The position numbers and the translations under genes were made by a program. From assembly GCA_947448025.1 (NCBI GenBank), contig CANFLV010000030.1, forward strand, positions 7,656 to 39,655: DNA of 32,000 nucleotides, in the 5' to 3' direction. This document shows positions 9,766 to 18,716 of this stretch, piece after piece. The notes under the pieces were generated by a model. That model made no database searches. It had not been told where the DNA came from and saw nothing but the letters and a program-made list of their open reading frames with translations. How positions within the stretch are numbered: position 1 is the stretch's first letter; every line of letters starts with the position of its first letter. The stretch comes from Oxalobacteraceae bacterium (GTDB lineage: Bacteria; Pseudomonadota; Gammaproteobacteria; Burkholderiales; Burkholderiaceae_D).

Positions 9766-11205
9766 GTGCAAGAGTCGATCACAAAACTATTTAAATCCCT
9801 GATCCCGGCCGTCGACTTCTGTTCGCTGCGTCTGGTCGATGAAACCAGCGAACAAATCATGGTGCGGCAAGATATCCTGCAGCCGCTGACCACGTGCAGC
9901 GACAGCGGCGCGATGATCACCGTGATCCATCGCGGCGGTTACGGCTATGCCGCCACCAGCGATCTGAGTCGCAGCGGATTGCAGGATGCCATCGCGCGTG
10001 CGCAAGCCTGGGCCGACGCCAGCAGCGGTCGTTCGGTCGTCGATTATTCGAAGATCAAGCTGCCGCAGCCACAAGGTCGCTATGCCAGTCCGCGCAATGA
10101 CGCCGCACCGCGCCTGTCGCGCCGCGATGTGATCGGCATGCTGATGCAGGAATCCGCGGCCTGCCGCATCGATGCACGTATCGTCGACTGGTATGCCTCG
10201 CTGGGGACGATCCGTACACAGCAGATGTATGTGAGCGCCGACGGCGCCGCCGTGTATCAGGATTTTGATTACGTGATCCCGAACCTCGCCGTCACGGCCA
10301 ACGAGGGCGCCGATACGCAAACGCGCAGTCTCGGCGGGCAGTACAACGGTTATTGCCGCCAAGGCGGTCTGGAAGTGCTGGCCGCAGCCGGATTTCACGG
10401 GGCAGGGCAGCGCATCGCGCAGCAGGCGCTGGATTTGCTGGCCGCACCGAATTGCCCGACCGGACGCATGGATGTCTTGCTCATGCCCGAGCAAATGATG
10501 TTGCAGATTCATGAGTCGATCGGCCATCCGCTTGAGCTCGATCGCATCCTCGGCGACGAGCGTAATTTCGCCGGCACGAGTTTTGTCACGCTCGACATGT
10601 TCGGCCAATTTCAGTACGGCTCCGACTTGCTCAATGTGACGCATGATCCCTCGCGGCCAGAGCAGTTCGCCAGTTACCAGTGGGACGATGAAGGCACGCA
10701 AGCCGAGAAGACTTACATCATCCGTAATGGCTTGCTGGAGCGTCCGCTGGGCGGCACGATTTCGCAAGCCCGCGCCGGTGTCGAGGGCGTCGCCAATGCG
10801 CGCGCTTGCAGCTGGAACCGCCCGCCAATTGACCGCATGGCCAATCTGAATATCGAGCCCGGCACGAGCTCGCTGGCTGACATGATCAAGTCGGTCGAGC
10901 GCGGCGTATTGATGGATACGAATGTGTCGTGGTCGATCGATGACTCGCGCAATAAATTCCAGTTCGGCTGCGAATCGGCGCGTCTGATTGAAAACGGCGA
11001 ATTGAAGGGCGTGCTGAAGAACCCGAATTACCGGGGCATTTCCGAATCCTTCTGGCGCTCGCTGAAAGCCGTCGGCGATGCGTCGACCTACAATGTGATG
11101 GGCACACCGTTTTGCGGCAAGGGTGAACCCTCGCAGGTCATCCGCGTAGGCCATGCCTCGCCGGCCTGCCTGTTCGCTAACGTTGATGTGTTTGGAGGCG
11201 AGTGA
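9766..11205 (+). CDS. TldD-family zinc metalloprotease subunit
   Basis: 479-aa ORF with a GTG start 25 nt after the ATPase stop and AGAGG upstream. It carries the TldD-type HExxxH motif (HESIGHPLELD) and the C-terminal GxC block (PFCGKGEPSQVIRVGHASPACLF) typical of TldD/PmbA (peptidase U62/M103) proteins. Confidence 0.85.
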   Translation: MQESITKLFKSLIPAVDFCSLRLVDETSEQIMVRQDILQPLTTCSDSGAMITVIHRGGYGYAATSDLSRSGLQDAIARAQAWADASSGRSVVDYSKIKLPQPQGRYASPRNDAAPRLSRRDVIGMLMQESAACRIDARIVDWYASLGTIRTQQMYVSADGAAVYQDFDYVIPNLAVTANEGADTQTRSLGGQYNGYCRQGGLEVLAAAGFHGAGQRIAQQALDLLAAPNCPTGRMDVLLMPEQMMLQIHESIGHPLELDRILGDERNFAGTSFVTLDMFGQFQYGSDLLNVTHDPSRPEQFASYQWDDEGTQAEKTYIIRNGLLERPLGGTISQARAGVEGVANARACSWNRPPIDRMANLNIEPGTSSLADMIKSVERGVLMDTNVSWSIDDSRNKFQFGCESARLIENGELKGVLKNPNYRGISESFWRSLKAVGDASTYNVMGTPFCGKGEPSQVIRVGHASPACLFANVDVFGGE

Positions 11206-12527
11206 TGCGACAATTTTTTCATGATGTAGCGCTCTGTGTGCAGTCGGGTTTGCGCGGCAGTGAGCAATTCCAGTGCTGGTTTTCCGGCGAGTCGACCGAC
11301 TTCGTGCGCTTCAACAAGAGCGTGATCCGCCAGCCCGGCCATGTGCGGCAAATTTCCCTGAGACTGAACCTGATCGAAGGCCGGCGCCATGTCAGCGGCG
11401 TGTTCGGTTTGTCCGGCCAGCTCGATGCCGACCGCGCCACGCTGGCGCGCATGATGGAACAGCTGCGCGCGCAGCTGCCGGAGTTACCGGACGATCCGCA
11501 TTTGCTGCTGGCCACTGAAGTCAATTCGACCGAGCACATCGTAGCTTCGCGCCTGCCGCCTGCAGCGCTGATCGTCGATGAAGTCTTGCGCGCCGCGCAA
11601 GGCGTGGACCTGGTCGGAATTCTTGCCACCGGTCCCGTGTATCGCGGTTTCGCGAATTCTTATGGCCAGCGTAACTGGCAGGAAAGCGCCAGTTTCAATC
11701 TAGACTGGAGCTTGTATCAGACGCGGGACAAGGCGGTCAAAAGTGCCTATGCCGGCTTCGAATGGAGCAGCGCCGAGTTCGCCGCAAAGTTTGCGACAGC
11801 CACGCAGCAGCTCGAGATCCTCAAGCGTACGCCGGTGACGGTGCCGCCCGGCGGCTATCGCGCTTACCTCACGCCGACGGCCTTGAATGAAATGGTCGGC
11901 ATGCTGAACTGGGGCGGCCTTTCGGAGAAATCTTTACGCACCAAGCAGAGTTCGCTGCGCCGCATGCGCGATGAAGGCCTGTGCTTCAACCCTGCCGTGA
12001 CGCTGCGTGAGAATACCTTGGATGGCCTCGCGCCGGGTTTCCAGGCCGAGGGTTTCATCAAGCCGGACAGTGTCCTGTTAGTCGAGCAGGGCAAGCTCGT
12101 GGGCAGCATGATCTCGCCGCGCACGGCGCAGGAATACGATTTGTCTGCGAATGGCGCCAATACCGATGAGTCTGCGAGTTCGCTCGATCTGGCTGCCGGC
12201 GAGCTGGCGCAAGCCACTATTCTGGCCGAGCTCGGCACCGGGATTTTTGTCAGTAATCTCTGGTACCTGAATTTTTCCGACCGGGCCAGCTGCCGCATTA
12301 CCGGCATGACGCGATTTGCGACCTTCTGGGTCGAAGACGGCGTGATCAAGGCGCCATTGAATGTAATGCGCTTTGATGATTCGCTGTTTCGGGTGCTGGG
12401 CGACAAACTTATTGGCCTCACGCGTGAGCGCGAATTGCTCATCGATGGCAGCTCTTATGGCGGGCGCGGCACGGACAGTGCGCGCATGCCGGGGGCGATG
12501 GTGAAGGATTTGATGTTCGTGCTGTAA
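11202..12527 (+). CDS. TldE/PmbA-family partner subunit (no HExxxH)
   Basis: 441-aa ORF. Its ATG overlaps the TldD stop by 4 nt (GTGATG) and GGAGG lies upstream. Same length class as TldD/PmbA proteins and directly coupled to the TldD-like gene, but no HExxxH motif is visible, as expected for the non-catalytic partner. Confidence 0.8.
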   Translation: MMRQFFHDVALCVQSGLRGSEQFQCWFSGESTDFVRFNKSVIRQPGHVRQISLRLNLIEGRRHVSGVFGLSGQLDADRATLARMMEQLRAQLPELPDDPHLLLATEVNSTEHIVASRLPPAALIVDEVLRAAQGVDLVGILATGPVYRGFANSYGQRNWQESASFNLDWSLYQTRDKAVKSAYAGFEWSSAEFAAKFATATQQLEILKRTPVTVPPGGYRAYLTPTALNEMVGMLNWGGLSEKSLRTKQSSLRRMRDEGLCFNPAVTLRENTLDGLAPGFQAEGFIKPDSVLLVEQGKLVGSMISPRTAQEYDLSANGANTDESASSLDLAAGELAQATILAELGTGIFVSNLWYLNFSDRASCRITGMTRFATFWVEDGVIKAPLNVMRFDDSLFRVLGDKLIGLTRERELLIDGSSYGGRGTDSARMPGAMVKDLMFVL

Positions 12528-12704
12528 GTGCTTACTGAAGCGTGCAAGGTTTGCCTGTTTCGGCAGTTCTTACATCCTGCAGGGTGAGCGGGCTCAGCTG
12601 GCGTCATGCGCGCTAATGATGCCGTTGCAGTGATGTGCCGCCAGCGGGCATGAAGCCTGCATTCATACCGAGACCATTTCCCGACCCTGCTCAGGAGAAC
12701 TCTC

Positions 12705-13805
12705 ATGTATGCGTCCAGATCCCCATCCTTGCTACGCTGCTTCCTGCCGCTGGCGACGGTCTTGCTGTCGGTTTTTCTGCTGTCGGCCTGCGGCGGCAGT
12801 GACAATAACGGTGCAGTCAATACCGTTGCCGCTGCCAATAGCACGCTGCCGGCCAATACCTTTACCGCTACGCTCAGCGGTACAGTAGAAACGCCGCCCA
12901 ACGCGAGCGCGGCCACCGGCACTGGGGTGGTCATCATTGATCCCGTGACGCGGATCATGAAGGCGACTCTGATCACTGCCGGTATTGTGGCGAACGCGGC
13001 GCATCTGCATGAAGGCGCGCCCGGTGTCGCAGGGCCGATACTTTTTCCGCTCGTCGAAAGCCCGGTTGGCAGCGGTATCTGGACTACCCAGGCCACGCTG
13101 ACCGATGCGCAGGTCATATCATTCAAAGCCGGTAATTTTTATTTCAATGCGCACAGCCTCGCCTTCCCGAGCGGCGAAATCCGTGGCCAGATCCTTACGC
13201 AGCTGCCGGTCAGCACAACGTCCCTCAATTCGCTGTCCAACACGACCTCCATCGATAATCGCTACGTCAGCTATATCAACGTCCTCAACGGCAGTCAGGA
13301 AGTGCCGCCGACGACCAGCCAGGCTAGCGCTCTGGCGATTACCGTCATTGATACGCTCGCCAACACACTGACTGGCGCTGTGACCTCGAGCGGCCTCACT
13401 GGCAATGCTGCCGCGATTTACGCTGCGCCTGCCGGCGTGGCCGGGCCTGCGGTATTCGGCCTGGTCGAGTCGTCCCCCGGCAGTGGTGTCTGGATTATCA
13501 GGACCAGTGTGAGTAATGCACAGCTGGCAGCATTCAATGCCAACAATTATTACTACGAAATCCGCAGCCTGTCCTTCCCCAACGGCGAATTGCGCGGCCA
13601 GATCCTCTCGACCGTCGTTAGCCTTGGCACAGTCGCCAACGCCGGGCTGACCGGTGCCGCCATTGCCAATTCGGCAGGCGCCCTGACAGCCGCGACCGGT
13701 ATGACAAACGTAGCAACAGTGTCGCCGTCTGTCGCTGGCAGTACAGCGGGTCTTGTCAACATTTATTCGACGGGCGTGAGCGCCGTTGGTACCGGCAGTA
13801 TGTAA
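12705..13805 (+). CDS. Lipoprotein with two tandem CHRD domains and an Ala/Gly/Ser/Thr-rich tail
   Basis: AGGAGA lies upstream of the ATG. It has a lipobox-type signal (LLSVFLLSACGG). Two about 150-aa internal repeats each end in the CHRD signature (FYFNAHSLAFPSGEIRGQIL and YYYEIRSLSFPNGELRGQIL). Repeat 1 keeps AAHLHEGAPGVAGP, whereas repeat 2 has AAAIYAAPAGVAGP. Confidence 0.8.
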   Translation: MYASRSPSLLRCFLPLATVLLSVFLLSACGGSDNNGAVNTVAAANSTLPANTFTATLSGTVETPPNASAATGTGVVIIDPVTRIMKATLITAGIVANAAHLHEGAPGVAGPILFPLVESPVGSGIWTTQATLTDAQVISFKAGNFYFNAHSLAFPSGEIRGQILTQLPVSTTSLNSLSNTTSIDNRYVSYINVLNGSQEVPPTTSQASALAITVIDTLANTLTGAVTSSGLTGNAAAIYAAPAGVAGPAVFGLVESSPGSGVWIIRTSVSNAQLAAFNANNYYYEIRSLSFPNGELRGQILSTVVSLGTVANAGLTGAAIANSAGALTAATGMTNVATVSPSVAGSTAGLVNIYSTGVSAVGTGSM

Positions 13806-13827
13806 ATCATCATTGATACCACTTGCC

Positions 13828-13858
13828 GTCCCCGCTCAGTCGGGGGCATTTTCTTTCC
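13828..13858 (+). terminator. Probable intrinsic terminator after the CHRD gene
   Basis: A stem (gtccccg / cgggggc) with a 6-nt loop is followed by attttctttcc, about 25 nt after the stop codon. Confidence 0.45.
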
Positions 13859-13942
13859 TGCTGCACTCGTAAAGCATTGCGCTGTTACAATCTCGCCCCT
13901 GCATTGCCCATCACAGGCCCATGCAAATAAAAAGGGGCTGGT

Positions 13943-14959
13943 ATGCATGGTGGGCAGAATAATGAAGGCAAGATCGACATCGTCTATTTATGGGTAGATG
14001 GCGCGGATCCGCACTGGCGTAAAAAGCATCAGCAGGCTTATGCGCGTTGGGCGCGTCAGCATCCGGGCACGCTGGCCATCTACGGTAATGCCGCTGGCCG
14101 CTATCGCGACAATGGCGAGTTCATGTTCAACCTGCGCGCGCTGGAAAAATTTTTCCCGGACCATGGTCATGTCTATATCGTCACCGATAATCAGGTGCCG
14201 GCATGGCTACGGCGCTCCGAACGCGTGACCATCATTGATCATCGCGACCTGATGCCCGCTGCGGCTCTGCCAGTCTTCGATTCCGGTCATATCGAGTCTT
14301 ACCTGCACCATATTCCCGGCCTTTCCGAGCGTTTTTTCTATCTTAATGATGATGTGTTCTTTGGCGCGAACGTCGATACTGACTGGTGGTTCGGCGAGCG
14401 CCTGATGGTCTTGAAGGAATCACTGCAACGCCCCGATTATGCCGATTTGCAGGTCAATGAAACTGCGCTCGTGAATGGCTCCATCCTGTCGAAAAACTGG
14501 CTGTCGGCGCGCGATCCGGCCTACGCGCACGATACGCGTATCTTTGCGCATTCACCGCGTCCCATGCTCAAGAGTGCGATGCAGGAACTGGAAGTCCTTG
14601 CCGCTGAATTATTTTCGCAGGTCCGTTCGACGGTGTTTCGCTCATGGCGCGTGCCGCCGCTGCTGCCCGATCTCGTGCCGCGCTGGATGGTGGCGCGCGG
14701 TTATGCGCAGCAGCGTATCCTCGATCCGCTGTACATCAGCACCGGCGATGCGCAGGCGGAGCAGCAGTTAAGTTCACTTTTGACGCGCTTTGGCCAGCTG
14801 CCATTTTTTTGTATTAACGATACCTGCGATGAAGCAGAGGACGATGATTTGCGCTTATTGCGCGTGGCGATGACGCTCGAAAAGCTGCTGCCAACGCCAT
14901 CTTCGTTTGAAAAAGCCTGTCGCAATGAGGTGGTCGACTTGATGGCAGAGGCAGCTTAG
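13943..14959 (+). CDS. Stealth-family protein (hexose-1-phosphate transferase, CR1-CR4 regions present)
   Basis: 338 aa. CR1 is IDIVYLWVDGADPHW. CR2 is RDNGEFMFNLRALEKFFPDHGHVYIVTDNQVPAWL...LPVFDSGHIESYLHHIPGLSERFFYLNDDVFFG. CR3-like is FAHSPRPM and CR4-like is PFFCINDT. These are the conserved regions of Stealth capsule phosphotransferases (SacB/XcbA type). Confidence 0.85.
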   Translation: MHGGQNNEGKIDIVYLWVDGADPHWRKKHQQAYARWARQHPGTLAIYGNAAGRYRDNGEFMFNLRALEKFFPDHGHVYIVTDNQVPAWLRRSERVTIIDHRDLMPAAALPVFDSGHIESYLHHIPGLSERFFYLNDDVFFGANVDTDWWFGERLMVLKESLQRPDYADLQVNETALVNGSILSKNWLSARDPAYAHDTRIFAHSPRPMLKSAMQELEVLAAELFSQVRSTVFRSWRVPPLLPDLVPRWMVARGYAQQRILDPLYISTGDAQAEQQLSSLLTRFGQLPFFCINDTCDEAEDDDLRLLRVAMTLEKLLPTPSSFEKACRNEVVDLMAEAA

Positions 14960-14981
14960 CCTTTACACGTTTGCTGCAGAC

Positions 14982-15022
14982 AAAAAAATCCCGCGACGCC
15001 GATGGAGCCGCGGGATTTTTTT
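14982..15022. terminator. Bidirectional intrinsic terminator between convergent genes
   Basis: aaaaaaatcccgcg (14982-14995) pairs with cgcgggattttttt (15009-15022) around a 13-nt loop. An A-run on one side and a T-run on the other let it serve both the Stealth gene (+) and the isocitrate dehydrogenase gene (-). Confidence 0.8.
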
Positions 15023-15078
15023 CGAATGCGCTGTCGTCACCGATCTGCAGCTGGCTGCAGACCGGTACCGTTCAGTGA

Positions 15079-17313
15079 TCAGCCGCGCGCCGCCTGCAAT
15101 GCGGCGTTCAAGGTGGCGCTAGGACGCATGACCGCCTTGATCTTCGCCGGATCAGCAATATAGTAGCCGCCGATATCGACCGGTTTGCCCTGGACAGCGG
15201 CGAACTCGGCAATGATCTTCTCCTCGTTCTCCGTCAGGTTTTTTGCCAGTGGCGCGAAATGTGCTGCCAGTTCCGCGTCCTCGGTTTGTGCTGCCAGCGC
15301 CTGTGCCCAGTACATGGACAGATAGAATTGGCTGCCGCGATTATCGAGTTGGCCCGTCTTTGGTGAAGGCGACTTATTATTCTCGAGCAGCTTGCCGGTG
15401 GCATCATCGAGCGTTTTCGCAAGGATTTTCGCCTTGTTATTGTTGGTCTTGATGCCGAGGTCTTCCAGCGACACAGCCAGCGCCAGGAATTCGCCCAGCG
15501 AATCCCAGCGCAGGTGGTTTTCTTCCACGAGCTGCTTGACGTGCTTAGGCGCGGATCCGCCAGCGCCCGTTTCAAACATGCCGCCACCGGCCATCAGTGG
15601 CACGATCGACAGCATCTTCGCGCTGGTGCCGAGTTCCATGATCGGGAACAGGTCAGTCAAGTAATCGCGCAGGATGTTACCGGTCACCGAGATGGTGTCC
15701 TTGCCGCGGATGACGCGTTCGAGCGTGTAACGCATGGCGCGTACTTGCGACATGATCTGGATGTCGATACCAGTCAGGTCGTAATCCTTGAGGTAAGTCT
15801 TGACCTTTTTGATCAGCTCGGCTTCGTGCGGACGGTACTCGTCGAGCCAGAAAATTGCCGGCATGCCCGACAGGCGCGCGCGGGTGACCGCCAGTTTGAC
15901 CCAGTCGCGGATCGGTGCGTCCTTGACCTGACACATGCGCCAGATATCGCCTTGCTCGACGTTCTGTTCCATCAAGACGGTACCGTCATGCTTGACGATA
16001 CGCGCCACACCGTCTTCCGGGATTTCGAAAGTCTTGTCGTGCGAACCGTATTCTTCCGCTTTCTGTGCCATCAGACCGACGTTCGGTACTGTGCCCATGG
16101 TGGTCGGATCAAAGGCGCCATTGGTTTTGCAGAAATTGATCATTTCCTGATAAATACGGGCGAAGGTACTTTCTGGCATGACTGCCTTGGTATCTTTCGG
16201 ACGGCCGTCCGGACCCCACATCTTGCCGCCGAGGCGGATCATGGCTGGCATTGACGCGTCGACGATCACGTCGTTTGGTGCGTGCAGGTTCGAGATGCCT
16301 TTTGCCGAGTCGACCATGGCCAGTTCCGGGCGATGTTCGTGGCAGGCGTGCAGGTCTTTGTGGATTTCGTCGCGCTTGGATTCTGGCAGCGAGGCGATCT
16401 TGTCGTAGATGCTCGAGAGACCATTGTTGACGTTCACGCCGAGTTCGTCGAACAGCTTGCCGTGCTTGGCGAAGGCGTCCTTGTAGAACACTTTTACAGC
16501 GTGGCCAAAGACGATCGGGTGCGAGATTTTCATCATCGTCGCCTTCACGTGCAGGGAGAACATCACGCCGGTTTCGCGCGCATCTTCCATTTGCTCTTCG
16601 TAGAACTTGCACAGGGCTTTCTTGCTCATGTACATGCTGTCGATGATTTCGCCCGGCAGCAGGGAGACTTTCTTTTTCAGCAGGATGGTCTCGCCGCTCT
16701 TGGTCACGAGGTCCATCTTGACGTCGCAAGCTTCGGTCATGGTCATGCATTTTTCGCTGGAATAGAAATCACCACCGTGCATGTGCGAGACGTGGGTACG
16801 GGATGCCGGACTCCATTTAGCCATCGAATGCGGGTTCTTGCGGGCATAACGCTTCACTGCAGCTGGCGCGCGGCGATCGGAATTACCTTCGCGCAGGACT
16901 GGATTGACGGCACTGCCGAGCGCTTTGGAATAACGCGCCAGGGTCGCTTTTTCAGCGTCAGTCTTGGGATCGTCCGGGAAGTCTGGAATGTTGTAGCCGC
17001 GGGTCTGCAATTCGCGCACGGCAGCAATCAGCTGTGGCACAGAGGCGCTGATGTTCGGCAGCTTGATGATGTTGGTTTCCGGCTCGTGCGTCAGACGGCC
17101 CAGTTCGGCCAGATTGTCCGGCACTTTTTGCGCATCGGTGAGGCAGTCTGGAAATTCAGCAAGAATACGTGCTGAAACCGACACGTCGCTGGTGACGATA
17201 TCGATGCCCGCAGGGGCGGCAAAGGTGCGGATGATAGGCAGAAAAGCGGCAGTCGCCAACAGGGGCGCCTCGTCCGTGAGCGTATAGATGATTTTTGATT
17301 TTCCTGCAGTCAT
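15079..17313 (-). CDS. icd: Monomeric-type NADP-dependent isocitrate dehydrogenase (744 aa)
   Basis: The ORF is 15079-17406. The preferred start is ATG at 17313 ([27 protein letters not shown]...) with AAGGA 8 nt upstream. The about 740-aa length and N-terminal block KIIYT.TDEAP.LAT...[14 protein letters not shown] are hallmarks of monomeric IDH. Confidence 0.9.
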   Translation of the reverse strand: MTAGKSKIIYTLTDEAPLLATAAFLPIIRTFAAPAGIDIVTSDVSVSARILAEFPDCLTDAQKVPDNLAELGRLTHEPETNIIKLPNISASVPQLIAAVRELQTRGYNIPDFPDDPKTDAEKATLARYSKALGSAVNPVLREGNSDRRAPAAVKRYARKNPHSMAKWSPASRTHVSHMHGGDFYSSEKCMTMTEACDVKMDLVTKSGETILLKKKVSLLPGEIIDSMYMSKKALCKFYEEQMEDARETGVMFSLHVKATMMKISHPIVFGHAVKVFYKDAFAKHGKLFDELGVNVNNGLSSIYDKIASLPESKRDEIHKDLHACHEHRPELAMVDSAKGISNLHAPNDVIVDASMPAMIRLGGKMWGPDGRPKDTKAVMPESTFARIYQEMINFCKTNGAFDPTTMGTVPNVGLMAQKAEEYGSHDKTFEIPEDGVARIVKHDGTVLMEQNVEQGDIWRMCQVKDAPIRDWVKLAVTRARLSGMPAIFWLDEYRPHEAELIKKVKTYLKDYDLTGIDIQIMSQVRAMRYTLERVIRGKDTISVTGNILRDYLTDLFPIMELGTSAKMLSIVPLMAGGGMFETGAGGSAPKHVKQLVEENHLRWDSLGEFLALAVSLEDLGIKTNNNKAKILAKTLDDATGKLLENNKSPSPKTGQLDNRGSQFYLSMYWAQALAAQTEDAELAAHFAPLAKNLTENEEKIIAEFAAVQGKPVDIGGYYIADPAKIKAVMRPSATLNAALQAARG

Positions 17314-17486
17314 CAGAATATCCTTGCTGTGGTTAGTTGATTTGATCGATTTATTGGTGCTTCCTGCCGTCGAGCCTGAACAGCCTTGACGGCAGGAGAC
17401 CGTCATTCCGGGAAAAGGGCATTGCTCAATTGAATGAGATATTGCTCTGCGAGCATAATTTTAGCCGCATGTCCGCTTGAGTGCGC

Positions 17487-17510
17487 AATAAAAAGCACCC
17501 GCGGGTGTGG
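17487..17510 (-). terminator. Weak intrinsic terminator candidate downstream of the 17553-18089 gene
   Basis: The minus strand reads ccacacccgcgggtgctttttatt: a short GC stem (cacc/ggtg, 4-5 bp) followed by a T-run. The stem is short, so this is only a candidate. Confidence 0.35.
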
Positions 17511-17552
17511 ATGTTGCTGACACGGCCTTGCTTCAGGGGTCTATCGCGCTTC

Positions 17553-18089
17553 TTAGTTTTTGCGTGGCACACTGACTGTCGGTACGTCAAACAAGCGCTC
17601 GCCTAGCGATTTGCCGGTGCAGGCTTCGTCCTCACAACTCTTAACCAGAGTCAGCCCTGTAGCCGCCGCCCATTGCCGCTGGTCTCCGGTCAAGACCGGC
17701 ATCCAGATAGCAAGGTCACATTTCTCATTTTGCTTCAAACGGACGACCGCCTTGTCCCAGAAGCGATAGTCGCGTTTGACATTGCGTTCCAATCGCACTA
17801 ATTCAAAGCGATCAGCCAGTCCCAGCTGACAGCCTGGTTGTTCCTGGATGAGCACGGTCGTACGCGGCTCCCAGCGGTAGGTAAGGGTCCACAGGCGTTC
17901 GCGTGGACCTTCATTGGTAAATTTGCGCTGGACGATGAGTGCCCCCTCCAATATGCACCATGACCCCAGGCGCAACTCACAGCGCGTTGACGCGGCTGGC
18001 GGCACTGGGTCTGCGGCTTGCGCATTCGTGATCCAGCAAGCCAATGTCAATCCGAGTAAAGCGAATAATCGTGTTGTTAAGCGTTTCAT
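17553..18089 (-). CDS. Secreted Cys-rich hypothetical protein (178 aa)
   Basis: It has a clear signal peptide (MKRLTTRLFALLGLTLACWITNAQA) and seven Cys residues in the full-length 178-aa protein (one within the signal peptide). I recognise no family. Confidence 0.6.
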   Translation of the reverse strand: MKRLTTRLFALLGLTLACWITNAQAADPVPPAASTRCELRLGSWCILEGALIVQRKFTNEGPRERLWTLTYRWEPRTTVLIQEQPGCQLGLADRFELVRLERNVKRDYRFWDKAVVRLKQNEKCDLAIWMPVLTGDQRQWAAATGLTLVKSCEDEACTGKSLGERLFDVPTVSVPRKN

Positions 18090-18461
18090 ATCTCTATCCT
18101 TGGCGATTCGTGATCGCCATTTTTTAAAGTATTAAGAAGGGTCGGCCGCACGCCCGTCCATTGCGAATCTGCTTGGCCATTGCGCACACTACCTTGCAAG
18201 ATCACCTACGCACTGTTTCTGCTTTCATGAAAAGGCAATAGCGACAATATTGCACTACGGGATTCCTTCCCAGAATTATCACCTAAGCATGATTTCAATG
18301 GGGAAACTATTGGTAGGGGTGGGGCAGGGCACTCGACTTTGCCAGGGCTAGCACCGGATTTTTCAGCCCATCAATGCAAAGTGACACTAAAAAGGCTGCC
18401 TCAGCACAGGTGCAGAGGCGGGTGTAGTGGTCTAATTTGCACGGACACCTCGATAGGCGGG

Positions 18462-18500
18462 AGAAATTGGGACAGCCACTATTTTTTGCTGACAGTTGCC
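18462..18500 (+). repeat. Short copy of an intergenic repeat (22-mer AGAAATTGGGACAGCCACTATT plus about 17 bp of weaker similarity)
   Basis: An exact 22-mer is shared with 20693-20714 and differs by 1 nt from 23929-23950. The following tttttgctgacagttgcc resembles ttttggctaccagttac of the longer copies. All three are in the same orientation. Confidence 0.6.
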
Positions 18501-18716
18501 ACACAAAGGGCTGCTATGTTCAGCAAGCTGCCATACCGGCAATTCGTGCCACTCGGCCATAACGGACGCTGGCGACCGACGCTTACTGCGTCAGCTTTAC
18601 ATTGGGTACCTGCCTATTGTCTGAAAGTTGAGCTGAACGGCAGCTTTCCAAAACAGTGAATTCACATTTCCGACCCTGAACCGACATCTATCACTTGCCC
18701 GGGTCGATTTGAATGG

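Noticed and set aside
9787-11154. A 455-aa ORF antisense to almost the whole TldD-like gene
   Set aside because: It is Arg/Ala/Gly-rich and low in complexity, with no motif or start context. It lies opposite a gene with a clear family signature (HExxxH, GxC block). This is a typical shadow ORF of GC-rich coding DNA.
12455-13126. A 223-aa minus-strand ORF overlapping the PmbA end and the CHRD gene start
   Set aside because: It overlaps two plus-strand genes that have clear domain evidence and good SD sequences. No recognisable motifs.
15514-17175. Plus-strand ORFs of 246 and 297 aa inside the isocitrate dehydrogenase gene
   Set aside because: They are antisense to a full-length, strongly recognisable monomeric IDH. 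They have no ribosome-binding sites and a shadow-type composition.
17314-17406. A 31-codon N-terminal extension of the IDH ORF (start at 17406)
   Set aside because: The extension ([31 protein letters not shown]) has no counterpart in monomeric IDHs. The ATG at 17313 has a good AAGGA and gives the conserved KIIYT.TDEAP N-terminus.
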